A stretch of 64,000 nucleotides of DNA from Candidatus Poribacteria bacterium (GTDB lineage Bacteria; Poribacteria; WGA-4E; PCPOR2b): positions 3,936,001-4,000,000 of the forward strand of contig OZ240245.1 of the NCBI GenBank assembly GCA_965198175.1. The letters run 5' to 3'. Shown in pieces: positions 20,046-28,972 of this stretch (its first letter is position 1; each line of letters begins with the position of its first letter). The position numbers and the translations under genes were made by a program. The notes under the pieces were generated by a model that saw only the letters and a program-made list of their open reading frames with translations, was not told where the DNA came from and did no database searches.

Positions 20046-20048
20046 AGT

Positions 20049-20529
20049 TGTCTGGACTGTGATTTATAGGATTTTGGGATTACCTTGATCTTTTTGCTTG
20101 AACATTTTGTTGGTTACTCTTTTAAACTGAAGACTTCTTGCGCCAAAGTTGATTAGTAACCCAACCTCGAGATCGTATGCCTCCAAATAATTGATTGCCT
20201 GCGCCAGGTGCACTTCATCCAGTTGGATAATTGCCTTCAATTCAACAGAGACAACACCTTCAATCAAGAAATCAACTCTTCGCGTGCCAATTTGCTGCCC
20301 TCTGTAGTAGATAGGCATCTCGTGCTCACGGCTGAAAACAATGCGTTGATCTACCATTTCGATTGCTAATGCCCTCTGATAAATGACTTCCTGAAATCCA
20401 TTGCCTAACGCAGAATGAACCGTCATGGCACAGCCAACCACGTTCCCCGTCAACACCGAATGCTTATGTTCGCTTTTAATCATAGCCCATCACTCAATCA
20501 CACAAATCACACAAATCACAGTTCAGACA
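20049..20529. repeat. IR-bounded unit 3 (intact GxxExxY)
   Basis: TGTCTGGACTGTGATTT at 20049-20065, AAATCACAGTTCAGACA at 20513-20529, tandem AATCACACA 9-mers at 20496-20520. Confidence 0.85.
20064..20483 (-). CDS. GxxExxY protein (PD-(D/E)XK nuclease superfamily)
   Basis: LGNGFQEVIYQRAL, RVDFL, VELKA, QAINYL, GLLINFG. Confidence 0.92.
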   Translation of the reverse strand: MIKSEHKHSVLTGNVVGCAMTVHSALGNGFQEVIYQRALAIEMVDQRIVFSREHEMPIYYRGQQIGTRRVDFLIEGVVSVELKAIIQLDEVHLAQAINYLEAYDLEVGLLINFGARSLQFKRVTNKMFKQKDQGNPKIL

Positions 20530-20598
20530 GTCACGCCACAAACTCTGTTTCTACCTCCGCACAGTGGTAGGAGCGATCTCCGAATCACAATGGCAAAG

Positions 20599-21039
20599 TT
20601 AACTCCAGACCGCGACTATCACCGCCTGCCCGAGAAGCGCCACTCCGTTATAACTTAGGTTGAGCCAGAAGAGCCCCGCCTTCCGCCCCTCATAAGCGAC
20701 CGACTGGTACGCGACCGGGAGGATGAAAGCAATCAACGCCATGAGTGCCAAGTAGACCCCCACCATCGCGTTACCGCTCTTGCCGGTGATTGACACGATG
20801 CATGCGGCTCCACCCATCCCAGCGAATAACTGCGCCAGGATAAACGCGGTGACCAGTGCTAGCAAGAAGCTCACACCATAAGTCTTTAACGGGTTGAAAC
20901 CTTTTTCTTGAATCTCCTCCGCTGTGGTCTCCATCAGTTCGAGCCACCGCTTGCCAAATAGCGGTCCATACCAGAGGGCACCGATAATCATCGGAACGAT
21001 TCCGGCAACCAGCACCGCCAATAAATTGACTTCATGCAT
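20599..21039 (-). CDS. DUF1761-family membrane protein, copy A
   Basis: Same motifs as copy B, one extra codon, scattered substitutions. Confidence 0.8.
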   Translation of the reverse strand: MHEVNLLAVLVAGIVPMIIGALWYGPLFGKRWLELMETTAEEIQEKGFNPLKTYGVSFLLALVTAFILAQLFAGMGGAACIVSITGKSGNAMVGVYLALMALIAFILPVAYQSVAYEGRKAGLFWLNLSYNGVALLGQAVIVAVWS

Positions 21040-21149
21040 GATTTTGTTCTCCTTCCCCTGAAAAAACTCCCGATACAACAAGACCCCAATGGGGTCGCCC
21101 ACTGGGGTCTTGTATTAACTCCTAGGTCGCCGAATTGGCGATAAAAAAT

Positions 21150-21225
21150 TGGCTCCCCCGGACGGATTCGAACCGCCGACAAGGTGGTTAACAGCCACCC
21201 GCTCTGCCAGCTGAGCTACAGGGGA
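21150..21225 (-). tRNA. tRNA-Asn(GTT)
   Basis: Cloverleaf TCCCCTG...; anticodon arm GGTGG-CT-GTT-AA-CCACC; GTTCGAATC T-loop; encoded CCA. Confidence 0.95.
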
Positions 21226-21380
21226 ATAATGTCTCGCAGGTGAAACCCCGAGCAATTTCAGAAAACAAGGCATAATTATACATAATACCGCGTCCGATTG
21301 CAAGTAAAATTTCATCATTTGTGGAAACGGGAACTATGTGGTACAATGTGGGGTGTCATCAACGTACTTAGGAACCCATA

Positions 21381-23219
21381 ATGCCAATCAAAATTCTTCC
21401 GCCCGATATTGCCAACAAAATCGCAGCCGGTGAAGTTGTCGAGCGACCGGCGTCCGTTGTCAAAGAACTGATTGAAAACGCCATTGACGCCGAGAGCACG
21501 AGTATCAGCGTTGAGATTCGTGCCGGCGGCAAGCGGCTCATCCGTGTCTCAGACAACGGGACGGGTATGACCCGTGAGGATGCCCTGATTGCCTTAGAGC
21601 GTCATGCGACGAGCAAAGTCGGAACCATTGAAGATTTGCAGCGCATCCAAACGTTTGGATTCCGCGGTGAAGCGCTGCCAAGCATTGCATCCGTATCGCA
21701 GCTTGAGTTGCTGACGCGCACGGCTGATGGGCTAGTGGGCACAAAGATCTCGGTTGATGGCGGTGTTGCAAAATCTGTCCAGGAAAGCGGTTGCTCGCCG
21801 GGCACCCACTTCACCATCAATAACCTGTTCTACAATGTTCCCGCACGTCTGAAATTCCTGAAAAGCGAAACAACCGAGTTGAACCATCTCACCAACCAAG
21901 TGACCTGGGCAGCGCTCGCGCACCCAAAGATTCAATTTTCCCACTCTCACGACCGCCGCTCTCTGATTGATGTCCGTTCGTGTGATTCCTATATTGAACG
22001 GATTCGCCTGCTCTACGGGAAAGAGTTTGCCGAGAACTTAATCGAATTTGACGCTGAGTTGCCCAATCTTCGTTTGCACAGCTTCATCGGCAAACCGGAT
22101 TTAACCAAAGCGAATCGCAGTTATCAATTGTTTTTCCTGAACTCTAGACCGATTCGCAGTAAAATTCTCGGCGCCGCACTCGGCGAGGCGATGCGATCGA
22201 TGGTGCCCAAGAATCGATTCGCCGTCGCCTTCCTATTCTTGACGATGGACGCGCAGGAGGTCGATGTAAACGTACACCCCGCCAAGGTCGAGGTACGGTT
22301 TAGAAATGAACGCGCAATCTACAGCGCGATTTCGCGCATGATACACAGCGGTATCCACAAGCACAAGTATATCCCCAAGTTTGACAAGGCAACGCAACCG
22401 GTATCGTCGACCGATTCACAAGTGGAAAAAAGGGACGATGTGAAACCCCGCATCGCCTCCCATGCTGCGGAATCTGAAATGGCAATCGCAACTAGCACCG
22501 TGTTTTCCCCTACCCCGCCGCGGCAGGCTGGACAAACCGCTGGAAAAGCGGTAGAATCGCTTCCATCTAGTGCGCCTGCAGGAGTTCAACCGCCTGAACG
22601 TTCAATCCCTGAAGGCACTCCCCTCGAACTCTTTGATTTTGAAGATGTACAATTGAAGACAAATCTGTTCAATACTTACATCGTGGCGGAGGGGAAGGAT
22701 CGGGTGTTTATTATCGATCAGCACGTCGCAGCAGAGCGGGTGCTCTATGAGCATTTTGTCCAACAATTGAAATCAGACGGGATTCCTGTGCAAGGCTTAT
22801 TGCTACCCGTAACAGTTGAGGCGACTCCTCAGCAGATAACGACACTCAACGCTCACACCGCGCTTTTCGAGAAACTCGGCTTCGAGCTTGAACAATTCGG
22901 CGGAAACACCATCCTTGTCCGTTCGATTCCCACAATGCTTGCCACATCGTCCGTCGCAATGACGGTTACCGACCTCCTGGATCGGTTGCCGCAAACTGTG
23001 TCCCCTTCCGATGAACTGCTTGAAGTGCAGGATGAGGCGTTGATTATGCTCGCCTGCAAATCCGCTGTGAAGGCGGGCGACTCACTGACCATGAACGAAA
23101 TGGTTGCGTTGGTCAAGGATCTATCCCAAGCAAAATTGCCGTTCAATTGCCCGCATTCTCGCCCAATCGTTGTGGAGATGGGCAAAAATGAACTAGAGAG
23201 TCGGTTTAAGCGGCGATAG
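21381..23219 (+). CDS. mutL: DNA mismatch repair protein MutL
   Basis: AAGEVVERP, HATSK, GFRGEAL, DVNVHPAK, C-terminal DQH..ER, ACK, CPH.RP. Confidence 0.96.
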   Translation: MPIKILPPDIANKIAAGEVVERPASVVKELIENAIDAESTSISVEIRAGGKRLIRVSDNGTGMTREDALIALERHATSKVGTIEDLQRIQTFGFRGEALPSIASVSQLELLTRTADGLVGTKISVDGGVAKSVQESGCSPGTHFTINNLFYNVPARLKFLKSETTELNHLTNQVTWAALAHPKIQFSHSHDRRSLIDVRSCDSYIERIRLLYGKEFAENLIEFDAELPNLRLHSFIGKPDLTKANRSYQLFFLNSRPIRSKILGAALGEAMRSMVPKNRFAVAFLFLTMDAQEVDVNVHPAKVEVRFRNERAIYSAISRMIHSGIHKHKYIPKFDKATQPVSSTDSQVEKRDDVKPRIASHAAESEMAIATSTVFSPTPPRQAGQTAGKAVESLPSSAPAGVQPPERSIPEGTPLELFDFEDVQLKTNLFNTYIVAEGKDRVFIIDQHVAAERVLYEHFVQQLKSDGIPVQGLLLPVTVEATPQQITTLNAHTALFEKLGFELEQFGGNTILVRSIPTMLATSSVAMTVTDLLDRLPQTVSPSDELLEVQDEALIMLACKSAVKAGDSLTMNEMVALVKDLSQAKLPFNCPHSRPIVVEMGKNELESRFKRR

Positions 23220-23341
23220 CGAAGCGACGTATTGAGACCCAGCAGCCAACACCTGATTGATTTCACGGTTGCGACATGCCCCTGTGGGGGACTTGACCTT
23301 CCGGCGTTTCGCGGCACCGTCCACGATTGAGGGTAAGTTTC

Positions 23342-24367
23342 ATGAGACTATTGGCTACCGGCGGGGCGGGATTTATTGGATGCAATTTCAGCCGATACTG
23401 GCTTGAACGCTATCCGAGCGATTCAGTTGTCAACATCGATTTCCTAACTTACGCGGGCGATCCCTCAAACTTCGCAGATGTTGCCGACAAATACCCGGAT
23501 CGGTATCGCTTTGTTCATGGGGATATTGGAGATTTCCGCTGCGTTGATGACCTCATGGAGAAGCAGCCGCCAGATGTGATTGTGAATTTCGCTGCGGAAT
23601 CCCACAACAGTCGCGCGGTCCTCAACCCGCGCCGATTCTTCGAGACGAACGTCATGGGCACACAGATGCTGCTTGACCTTGCTCGTAAACATGGGGTCGT
23701 CCGATTTCACCACGTGTCTACGTGTGAAGTCTACGGCGATCTCCCCCTCGACTCGCCAGAGAAGTTCACGGAAAAACACCCATATCGCCCACGCACACCG
23801 TATAACGCCTCCAAAGCGGCGGCAGACCACGCGGTGCGCGCCTATTTTGAAACCTATCGACTTCCAGTCACGATTTCGAACTGTTCAAACAACTATGGGC
23901 ATTATCAGCACCCCGAAAAGGTCATACCGCTTTTTACAACGCACGCCCTCGATAATAAGCCGCTGCCGCTCTATCGCAACAGCCGCAACCGTCGGGAATG
24001 GCTCGCTGTTTTGGATCACTGCCGCGCCATTGATTTGATTATTCAGAAAGGGGAAATTGGCGAAACTTACAACATCGGCAGCGGGGTCGAACAGAGCATC
24101 GAGGAAATTGCGGACGCGATCTTAGCCGCATTGGACAAACCTACGTCCTTAAAAACTTACGTCCCAGACCGACCCGGTCATGATCGCCGATACTTATTGG
24201 ATTCGTCGAAAATTCGGCGGGAACTCGGTTGGGAGCCGCAGATCGATTTTGAATCTGGACTCCGGGATACCGTCCGTTGGTATGTCGAAAATCGAACCTG
24301 GTGGGCCGCCATTCGTAAGAAGGAGGATTCACCAGCGATTCAAGAAGATGCGTGGCAGAAGATATAA
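23342..24367 (+). CDS. rfbB: dTDP-glucose 4,6-dehydratase
   Basis: TGGAGFIG, LTYAG, NFAAESH, PYNASKA, SNNYG, DRPGHDRRY. Confidence 0.9.
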   Translation: MRLLATGGAGFIGCNFSRYWLERYPSDSVVNIDFLTYAGDPSNFADVADKYPDRYRFVHGDIGDFRCVDDLMEKQPPDVIVNFAAESHNSRAVLNPRRFFETNVMGTQMLLDLARKHGVVRFHHVSTCEVYGDLPLDSPEKFTEKHPYRPRTPYNASKAAADHAVRAYFETYRLPVTISNCSNNYGHYQHPEKVIPLFTTHALDNKPLPLYRNSRNRREWLAVLDHCRAIDLIIQKGEIGETYNIGSGVEQSIEEIADAILAALDKPTSLKTYVPDRPGHDRRYLLDSSKIRRELGWEPQIDFESGLRDTVRWYVENRTWWAAIRKKEDSPAIQEDAWQKI

Positions 24368-24474
24368 AGTCAACCACTATTTTTTTCGAGAACTGATGAC
24401 GGGATTCGTAGAGGTGGAGTCTTCTCGCCCGAATCAACGCTGACTCATTTGGCTTCTCACAGAAGGGGGAAAAC

Positions 24475-25458
24475 ATGTCCAAAGAGCTTGAACATCAATA
24501 CCAAGAATTTCGCGAAGCCTTCTATCGTATCCAAGACGAGGTATCCAAACGCATTGTTGGGCAAAAGGAGATTGTCGAAGGCGTGCTAATCTGCCTGATG
24601 ACGGGAGGGCACGCACTTTTGGAGGGTGTCCCCGGCTTGGGCAAGACCCTGCTCATTCGGACACTGCATGAGGTGCTAGACCTCGGATTTGCCCGCATCC
24701 AGTTCACGCCCGATCTGATGCCCGCTGACATCATCGGCACCAACGTCGTTGCGGAAGATGAGGATGGACGAAAGTTCTTTGATTTCCAATCCGGTCCTGT
24801 GTTTAGCAATCTCGTGCTCGCGGATGAAATCAATCGCGCGACGCCCAAGACACAATCTGCACTGTTGGAGGCGATGCAGGAGAAATCCGTCACCGTTGCT
24901 GGAAAACATCATACCCTGCAGCCCCCCTTCTTCGTGATGGCAACGCAAAACCCCCTGGAAATGGAGGGCACATATCCACTCCCTGAAGCCCAACTCGATC
25001 GCTTCTTTTTCAAGCTCAAGGTCAAATATCCGAGCCTCGATGAACTCGACCTCGTCATGGAACGCACAACGAAGCGCGAGATGCCCGCGGTCGAAAAAGT
25101 CTGCGATGGCGAGCGAATCAACGCATTGGAACAGATTGTCCGTGATATCCTTATTGCCGAAGACGTTCGCAGGTACGCCTTGCGGATTGTGTTGGGCACG
25201 CACCCCGACTCAGCCGATGCCCCGGAACTAACGAAAAAATATGTCCGCTACGGTTCAAGCCCCCGCGGTGCGCAGGCGTTGATTCTCGGCGGTAAGGTCA
25301 AGGCTATCCTCGATAACCGGTACAACGTCGCCCGTGAGGACATTCAAGCTGTTGCGTTGCCAAGCCTCCGCCACCGCTTGATTCTCAACTTCGAGGGCGA
25401 AGCTGAAGGAATCGACCCAGATGGAATTGTTCAGCACCTGTTGGAGGTCGTTCAATAG
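24475..25458 (+). CDS. MoxR-family AAA+ ATPase
   Basis: GVPGLGKT, RIQFTPDLMPAD, DEINRA, ATQNP.E.EGTYPLPEAQLDRF. Confidence 0.95.
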   Translation: MSKELEHQYQEFREAFYRIQDEVSKRIVGQKEIVEGVLICLMTGGHALLEGVPGLGKTLLIRTLHEVLDLGFARIQFTPDLMPADIIGTNVVAEDEDGRKFFDFQSGPVFSNLVLADEINRATPKTQSALLEAMQEKSVTVAGKHHTLQPPFFVMATQNPLEMEGTYPLPEAQLDRFFFKLKVKYPSLDELDLVMERTTKREMPAVEKVCDGERINALEQIVRDILIAEDVRRYALRIVLGTHPDSADAPELTKKYVRYGSSPRGAQALILGGKVKAILDNRYNVAREDIQAVALPSLRHRLILNFEGEAEGIDPDGIVQHLLEVVQ

Positions 25459-25553
25459 TTAACCCTGTGGTGTTTGCGTCAATATGTTGTAGGACGTGTC
25501 TGCGCTGAGGGACTTGGAACATGGCGAATTTAAACTGAGATGAGGAGGCTAAC

Positions 25554-26081
25554 ATGAAACGGTGGCACCTAATTCTAACCCTATGTTGTCTGCTGGCCAT
25601 TCTCGCGTCTGTGTTCGCCCAAGATACAACAACGGGCACCGTACGGGGGTATGTCAGCGATACCTCGCCAGCACAAAACCCAATTGCAGAAGTCCGAGTT
25701 GTTGTCGTCAATGCTGCTGGCACCGAACATGCAGCGCAGACAGATAGCAGCGGTGAGTTCGAAATCGCCGGATTGCCCCCCGGTCGCTACCTGATGAGCA
25801 TCACTAACGAAGGGTACGGAGAGCGTGTCGGTAAGCCGATTACCGTTACTGCCGGTGGCGACCAGTATGTCGCGATGAGAATGTCTGAACATAGGACCTT
25901 CGTTACCTTCTTGAAGGGACTATTCGGTGGAGGTGATGACATGCCGCCGAAAATGACCGAAGAGGAGGAGCCTACATCGCAAAAGAAGGAATTAGGCTCC
26001 CTGTCTTGGTTGTTGCTTCTTTGCTTAGCGATTGTGGCGGCATTTCTCATTGGTCGTCGAAGCCGCCGCCGTTCTGACTGA
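25554..26081 (+). CDS. Carboxypeptidase-regulatory-like (Cna B-type) domain protein with C-terminal membrane anchor
   Basis: Signal peptide, TGTVRGYV, TDSSGEF.I.GLPPGRY, C-terminal TM followed by RRSRRR. Confidence 0.75.
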   Translation: MKRWHLILTLCCLLAILASVFAQDTTTGTVRGYVSDTSPAQNPIAEVRVVVVNAAGTEHAAQTDSSGEFEIAGLPPGRYLMSITNEGYGERVGKPITVTAGGDQYVAMRMSEHRTFVTFLKGLFGGGDDMPPKMTEEEEPTSQKKELGSLSWLLLLCLAIVAAFLIGRRSRRRSD

Positions 26082-26121
26082 CGAAGATTGTGCAACGTAC
26101 CTATTCGGAGGCTGCCTCGAC

Positions 26122-27018
26122 ATGAACGACACCCAATCTACCCAATCCGCCTTCGACAGCGAATTTCTGAAGAAGCTGGAATACCTTTACATCGTCTCGA
26201 AAAAGATTTTTGCGGGACGAATTAAAGCCGAGCGCCGCAGCACACGCCGCGGCGTGAGTGTTGAGTTTGCCGATTACCGCAATTATACCGCTGGCGACGA
26301 TTTCCGTTACATCGACTGGAACGCCTTCGCCCGATTCGACGAACTCTTCCTGAAACTCTACGAAGAGCGGGAGGACCTGCACATCTACTTTCTCGTTGAT
26401 GCCAGCCGGTCGATGACCTATGGCGCCCCCCAGAAACTGCTATACGCGAAACGTGTCGCTGCTGCACTCGCCTATATCGGCTTGTCGAACCTGGACCGTG
26501 TCAGCATCACCGTCTTCACGGACACCGATCTAAATCGGTTGCCGACGGAGCGCGGGAAGGGCAAAATCTTTACGGTACTCGATTTCCTTGATCGGATCGA
26601 CGGCGCCGGCGAAACGAATCTTCAAACCGCTTTCAGCAATTTTGTCCACACCGCCAAACGCCGCGGGCTAGTTGTTTTAATCTCAGATCTCTTCGATCCG
26701 CGTGGGTTCACCGACGGGCTGAACGTGTTAAAATTTCAGAAACACGACCTATTCGTGATTCACATCGTTGACGAAAAAGAGGTGAATCCTGAACTGCTCG
26801 GCGATTATCATCTCGTTGATGTCGAGACGAATCAGCTTCGTCCGGTCACTATCAACGAGAGCCACCTCAAACGTTACAAGAGGCTGTTCGAGAAGTATTG
26901 CGACGACCTTGACCGCTACTGTGTGCAGCGTGAAATAGGGTTCATCCGCACAGCCACAGAATTGCCCTTTGATGAACTTATCCTGCGAATTTTTCGGATG
27001 GGCGGGTTTGTGTCTTAA
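26122..27018 (+). CDS. DUF58-domain protein
   Basis: EFADYRNY..GDDFRYIDW, VDASRSM, LISDL; lies in the MoxR operon. Confidence 0.9.
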   Translation: MNDTQSTQSAFDSEFLKKLEYLYIVSKKIFAGRIKAERRSTRRGVSVEFADYRNYTAGDDFRYIDWNAFARFDELFLKLYEEREDLHIYFLVDASRSMTYGAPQKLLYAKRVAAALAYIGLSNLDRVSITVFTDTDLNRLPTERGKGKIFTVLDFLDRIDGAGETNLQTAFSNFVHTAKRRGLVVLISDLFDPRGFTDGLNVLKFQKHDLFVIHIVDEKEVNPELLGDYHLVDVETNQLRPVTINESHLKRYKRLFEKYCDDLDRYCVQREIGFIRTATELPFDELILRIFRMGGFVS

Positions 27019-27083
27019 TCCTCGGTACGACATGCACTCGTCCAAACCCCATCTATCGTACACCAAGATTTATCAACACCAAT

Positions 27084-28949
27084 ATGAACTTTCTATCCCC
27101 AGCCGCACTATTCCTATTCGGTATCGCCGCCCCGATTATCGCCCTCTACGTCCTCAAACTGCGCCGCCGCCGCGAGCCCGTCTCCACGTTGATGTTTTGG
27201 GAACAAATTTTCAGAGAGAAACAGACCACCTCCCTGTTCCAAAAACTCAAGCATCTGTTATCTCTGCTCCTACAGTTGCTGTTCCTCACGCTTCTCGTCC
27301 TCGCGATTGCGCGACCGCAGTTTGGATTCATGACGAAATTGGCGCGTCAGATTGTGCTGATCATCGACCATTCAGCGAGCATGAACACCCGTGAGGAGGC
27401 ACTGTCACGCCTCGAATCCGCTAAGCAGCGTGCCCTGAAACTCGTAGATAACCTCCGCTTTATTGATGAGATGATGGTGATCAGTTGCCACACGCAGCTT
27501 TTCATCCACAGTCCGTTCACCAACCATCAGAAATCCCTTCGCGCCGCGATTGCGTCGATTCAACCCACCGATGTGAAGACCGATTTGGCGCCTGCGCTGT
27601 CGCTCGCCTATTCCGTGACGCAGACCAACACCAACCCTGAGATTGTGGTTCTCAGCGACTTTGCAATAGAAGCCCAGAGTCAGCAGGTCGCCGAGATGCT
27701 CCAAAATCCGCCCCCACACGCCAAACTGCACCTGTTGCCGGTTGCACACAAGGTGAGCGATAACGTCGGCATCACGCAGTTTCGAGTGCGGAAGAGTCTC
27801 GTCAACGCATTTGACTACCAGACCTTGTTGACCATTGCCAACACTTCGGACGCCGAAAAGTCATTTAACGTGGAACTTTATCTCAACGATGATCTGCTTG
27901 ATGTCCGCCCGTACACCCTCGCCCCCGGCGAAAATAGGTCTGAAATCTTCAGCAATTTCACGTTTGAAGGTGGCAGGCTCAAAGCGGTGCTTGATGTTGA
28001 TGATGCGCTGTCCACCGACAACGTCGCTTATGCCACTCTGCCGAAGCGCGAGCGAATCCCTGTTCTGCTCGTTACGCGCATCAACACATTCCTCGAAAAC
28101 GCACTCGCTGTCGATGAGAAATTGGATGTAACGGTCATATCCCCAGACCAATACAAACCCGGTGAGGCCGGATATGACGTGACGATTTTCGACCGATATA
28201 ACCCGCCCACTCTCGGCGGTGGGAACTATATGTTCATCTATCCGCCGAAAACGGGGGCGATGTGGGAGATTGGGGAGCCGCTCGAAACGCCGATTATTAC
28301 CGATTGGGTGCGTGACCACCCCATCCTGCGCTATGTCCAACTCGACAATGTCCTGATAGGGGAAGCGTATCAGGTCGTGGCGCCGCCGACGGCGAAAGTT
28401 TTAGTCCGTTCATTTGATGATCCGTTGTTGATTGTCGATGAAACGTCAAATCGAAAAGTCGTCTTCGTTGCCATCGACATCCTGAAATCAGACCTGCCCC
28501 TGCGCATCGCCTTCCCGGTGATTATTGCCAACACGATTCAGTGGTTTCGAAGCGGTTCGGGAATCGAAGACTACCACCTCCAGACGGGTGAAATCTTGAG
28601 CAAGCAGATTCCCTCGACCATAGAAACAGTGACCATTACCGGCCCGACGGGTGAGCCAACGGAAGTCGCTGTTGAGGACGGTCAACTCCTCTTCGATCAG
28701 ACAACCATAGCCGGGTTTTACGAACTTCAGCTCGGAGAGGACGAGGAGGTTTGGGCAATAAATCTCACGGACGAATCGGAATCGCAGATCGGTGTAACAG
28801 CTTCAATCGAAGACCTGCTGGACGAGGAAATGATTGGACTCGGCGGCTCTGCGCTGCTGCGTTACCCGCCGTGGATTTATCTAGTCTTTCTCGCCGTCGC
28901 GTTGAGCGCTGTCGAGTGGTGGCTCTATCAACGGAGACGAATCGACTAA
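27084..28949 (+). CDS. BatA-domain + vWA membrane protein
   Basis: N-terminal double TM with LARP, MIDAS DHSASM, C-terminal ES..I and EW motifs. Confidence 0.88.
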   Translation: MNFLSPAALFLFGIAAPIIALYVLKLRRRREPVSTLMFWEQIFREKQTTSLFQKLKHLLSLLLQLLFLTLLVLAIARPQFGFMTKLARQIVLIIDHSASMNTREEALSRLESAKQRALKLVDNLRFIDEMMVISCHTQLFIHSPFTNHQKSLRAAIASIQPTDVKTDLAPALSLAYSVTQTNTNPEIVVLSDFAIEAQSQQVAEMLQNPPPHAKLHLLPVAHKVSDNVGITQFRVRKSLVNAFDYQTLLTIANTSDAEKSFNVELYLNDDLLDVRPYTLAPGENRSEIFSNFTFEGGRLKAVLDVDDALSTDNVAYATLPKRERIPVLLVTRINTFLENALAVDEKLDVTVISPDQYKPGEAGYDVTIFDRYNPPTLGGGNYMFIYPPKTGAMWEIGEPLETPIITDWVRDHPILRYVQLDNVLIGEAYQVVAPPTAKVLVRSFDDPLLIVDETSNRKVVFVAIDILKSDLPLRIAFPVIIANTIQWFRSGSGIEDYHLQTGEILSKQIPSTIETVTITGPTGEPTEVAVEDGQLLFDQTTIAGFYELQLGEDEEVWAINLTDESESQIGVTASIEDLLDEEMIGLGGSALLRYPPWIYLVFLAVALSAVEWWLYQRRRID

Positions 28950-28972
28950 GATAGAAACCGTCCCGCCTCTAT

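Noticed and set aside
17945..20529. CRISPR array or integron attC cassettes
   Set aside because: The repeats alternate in orientation, spacing is irregular (7 to 1500 nt), there are no RYYYAAC/GTTRRRY ends, and no cas or intI gene is present.
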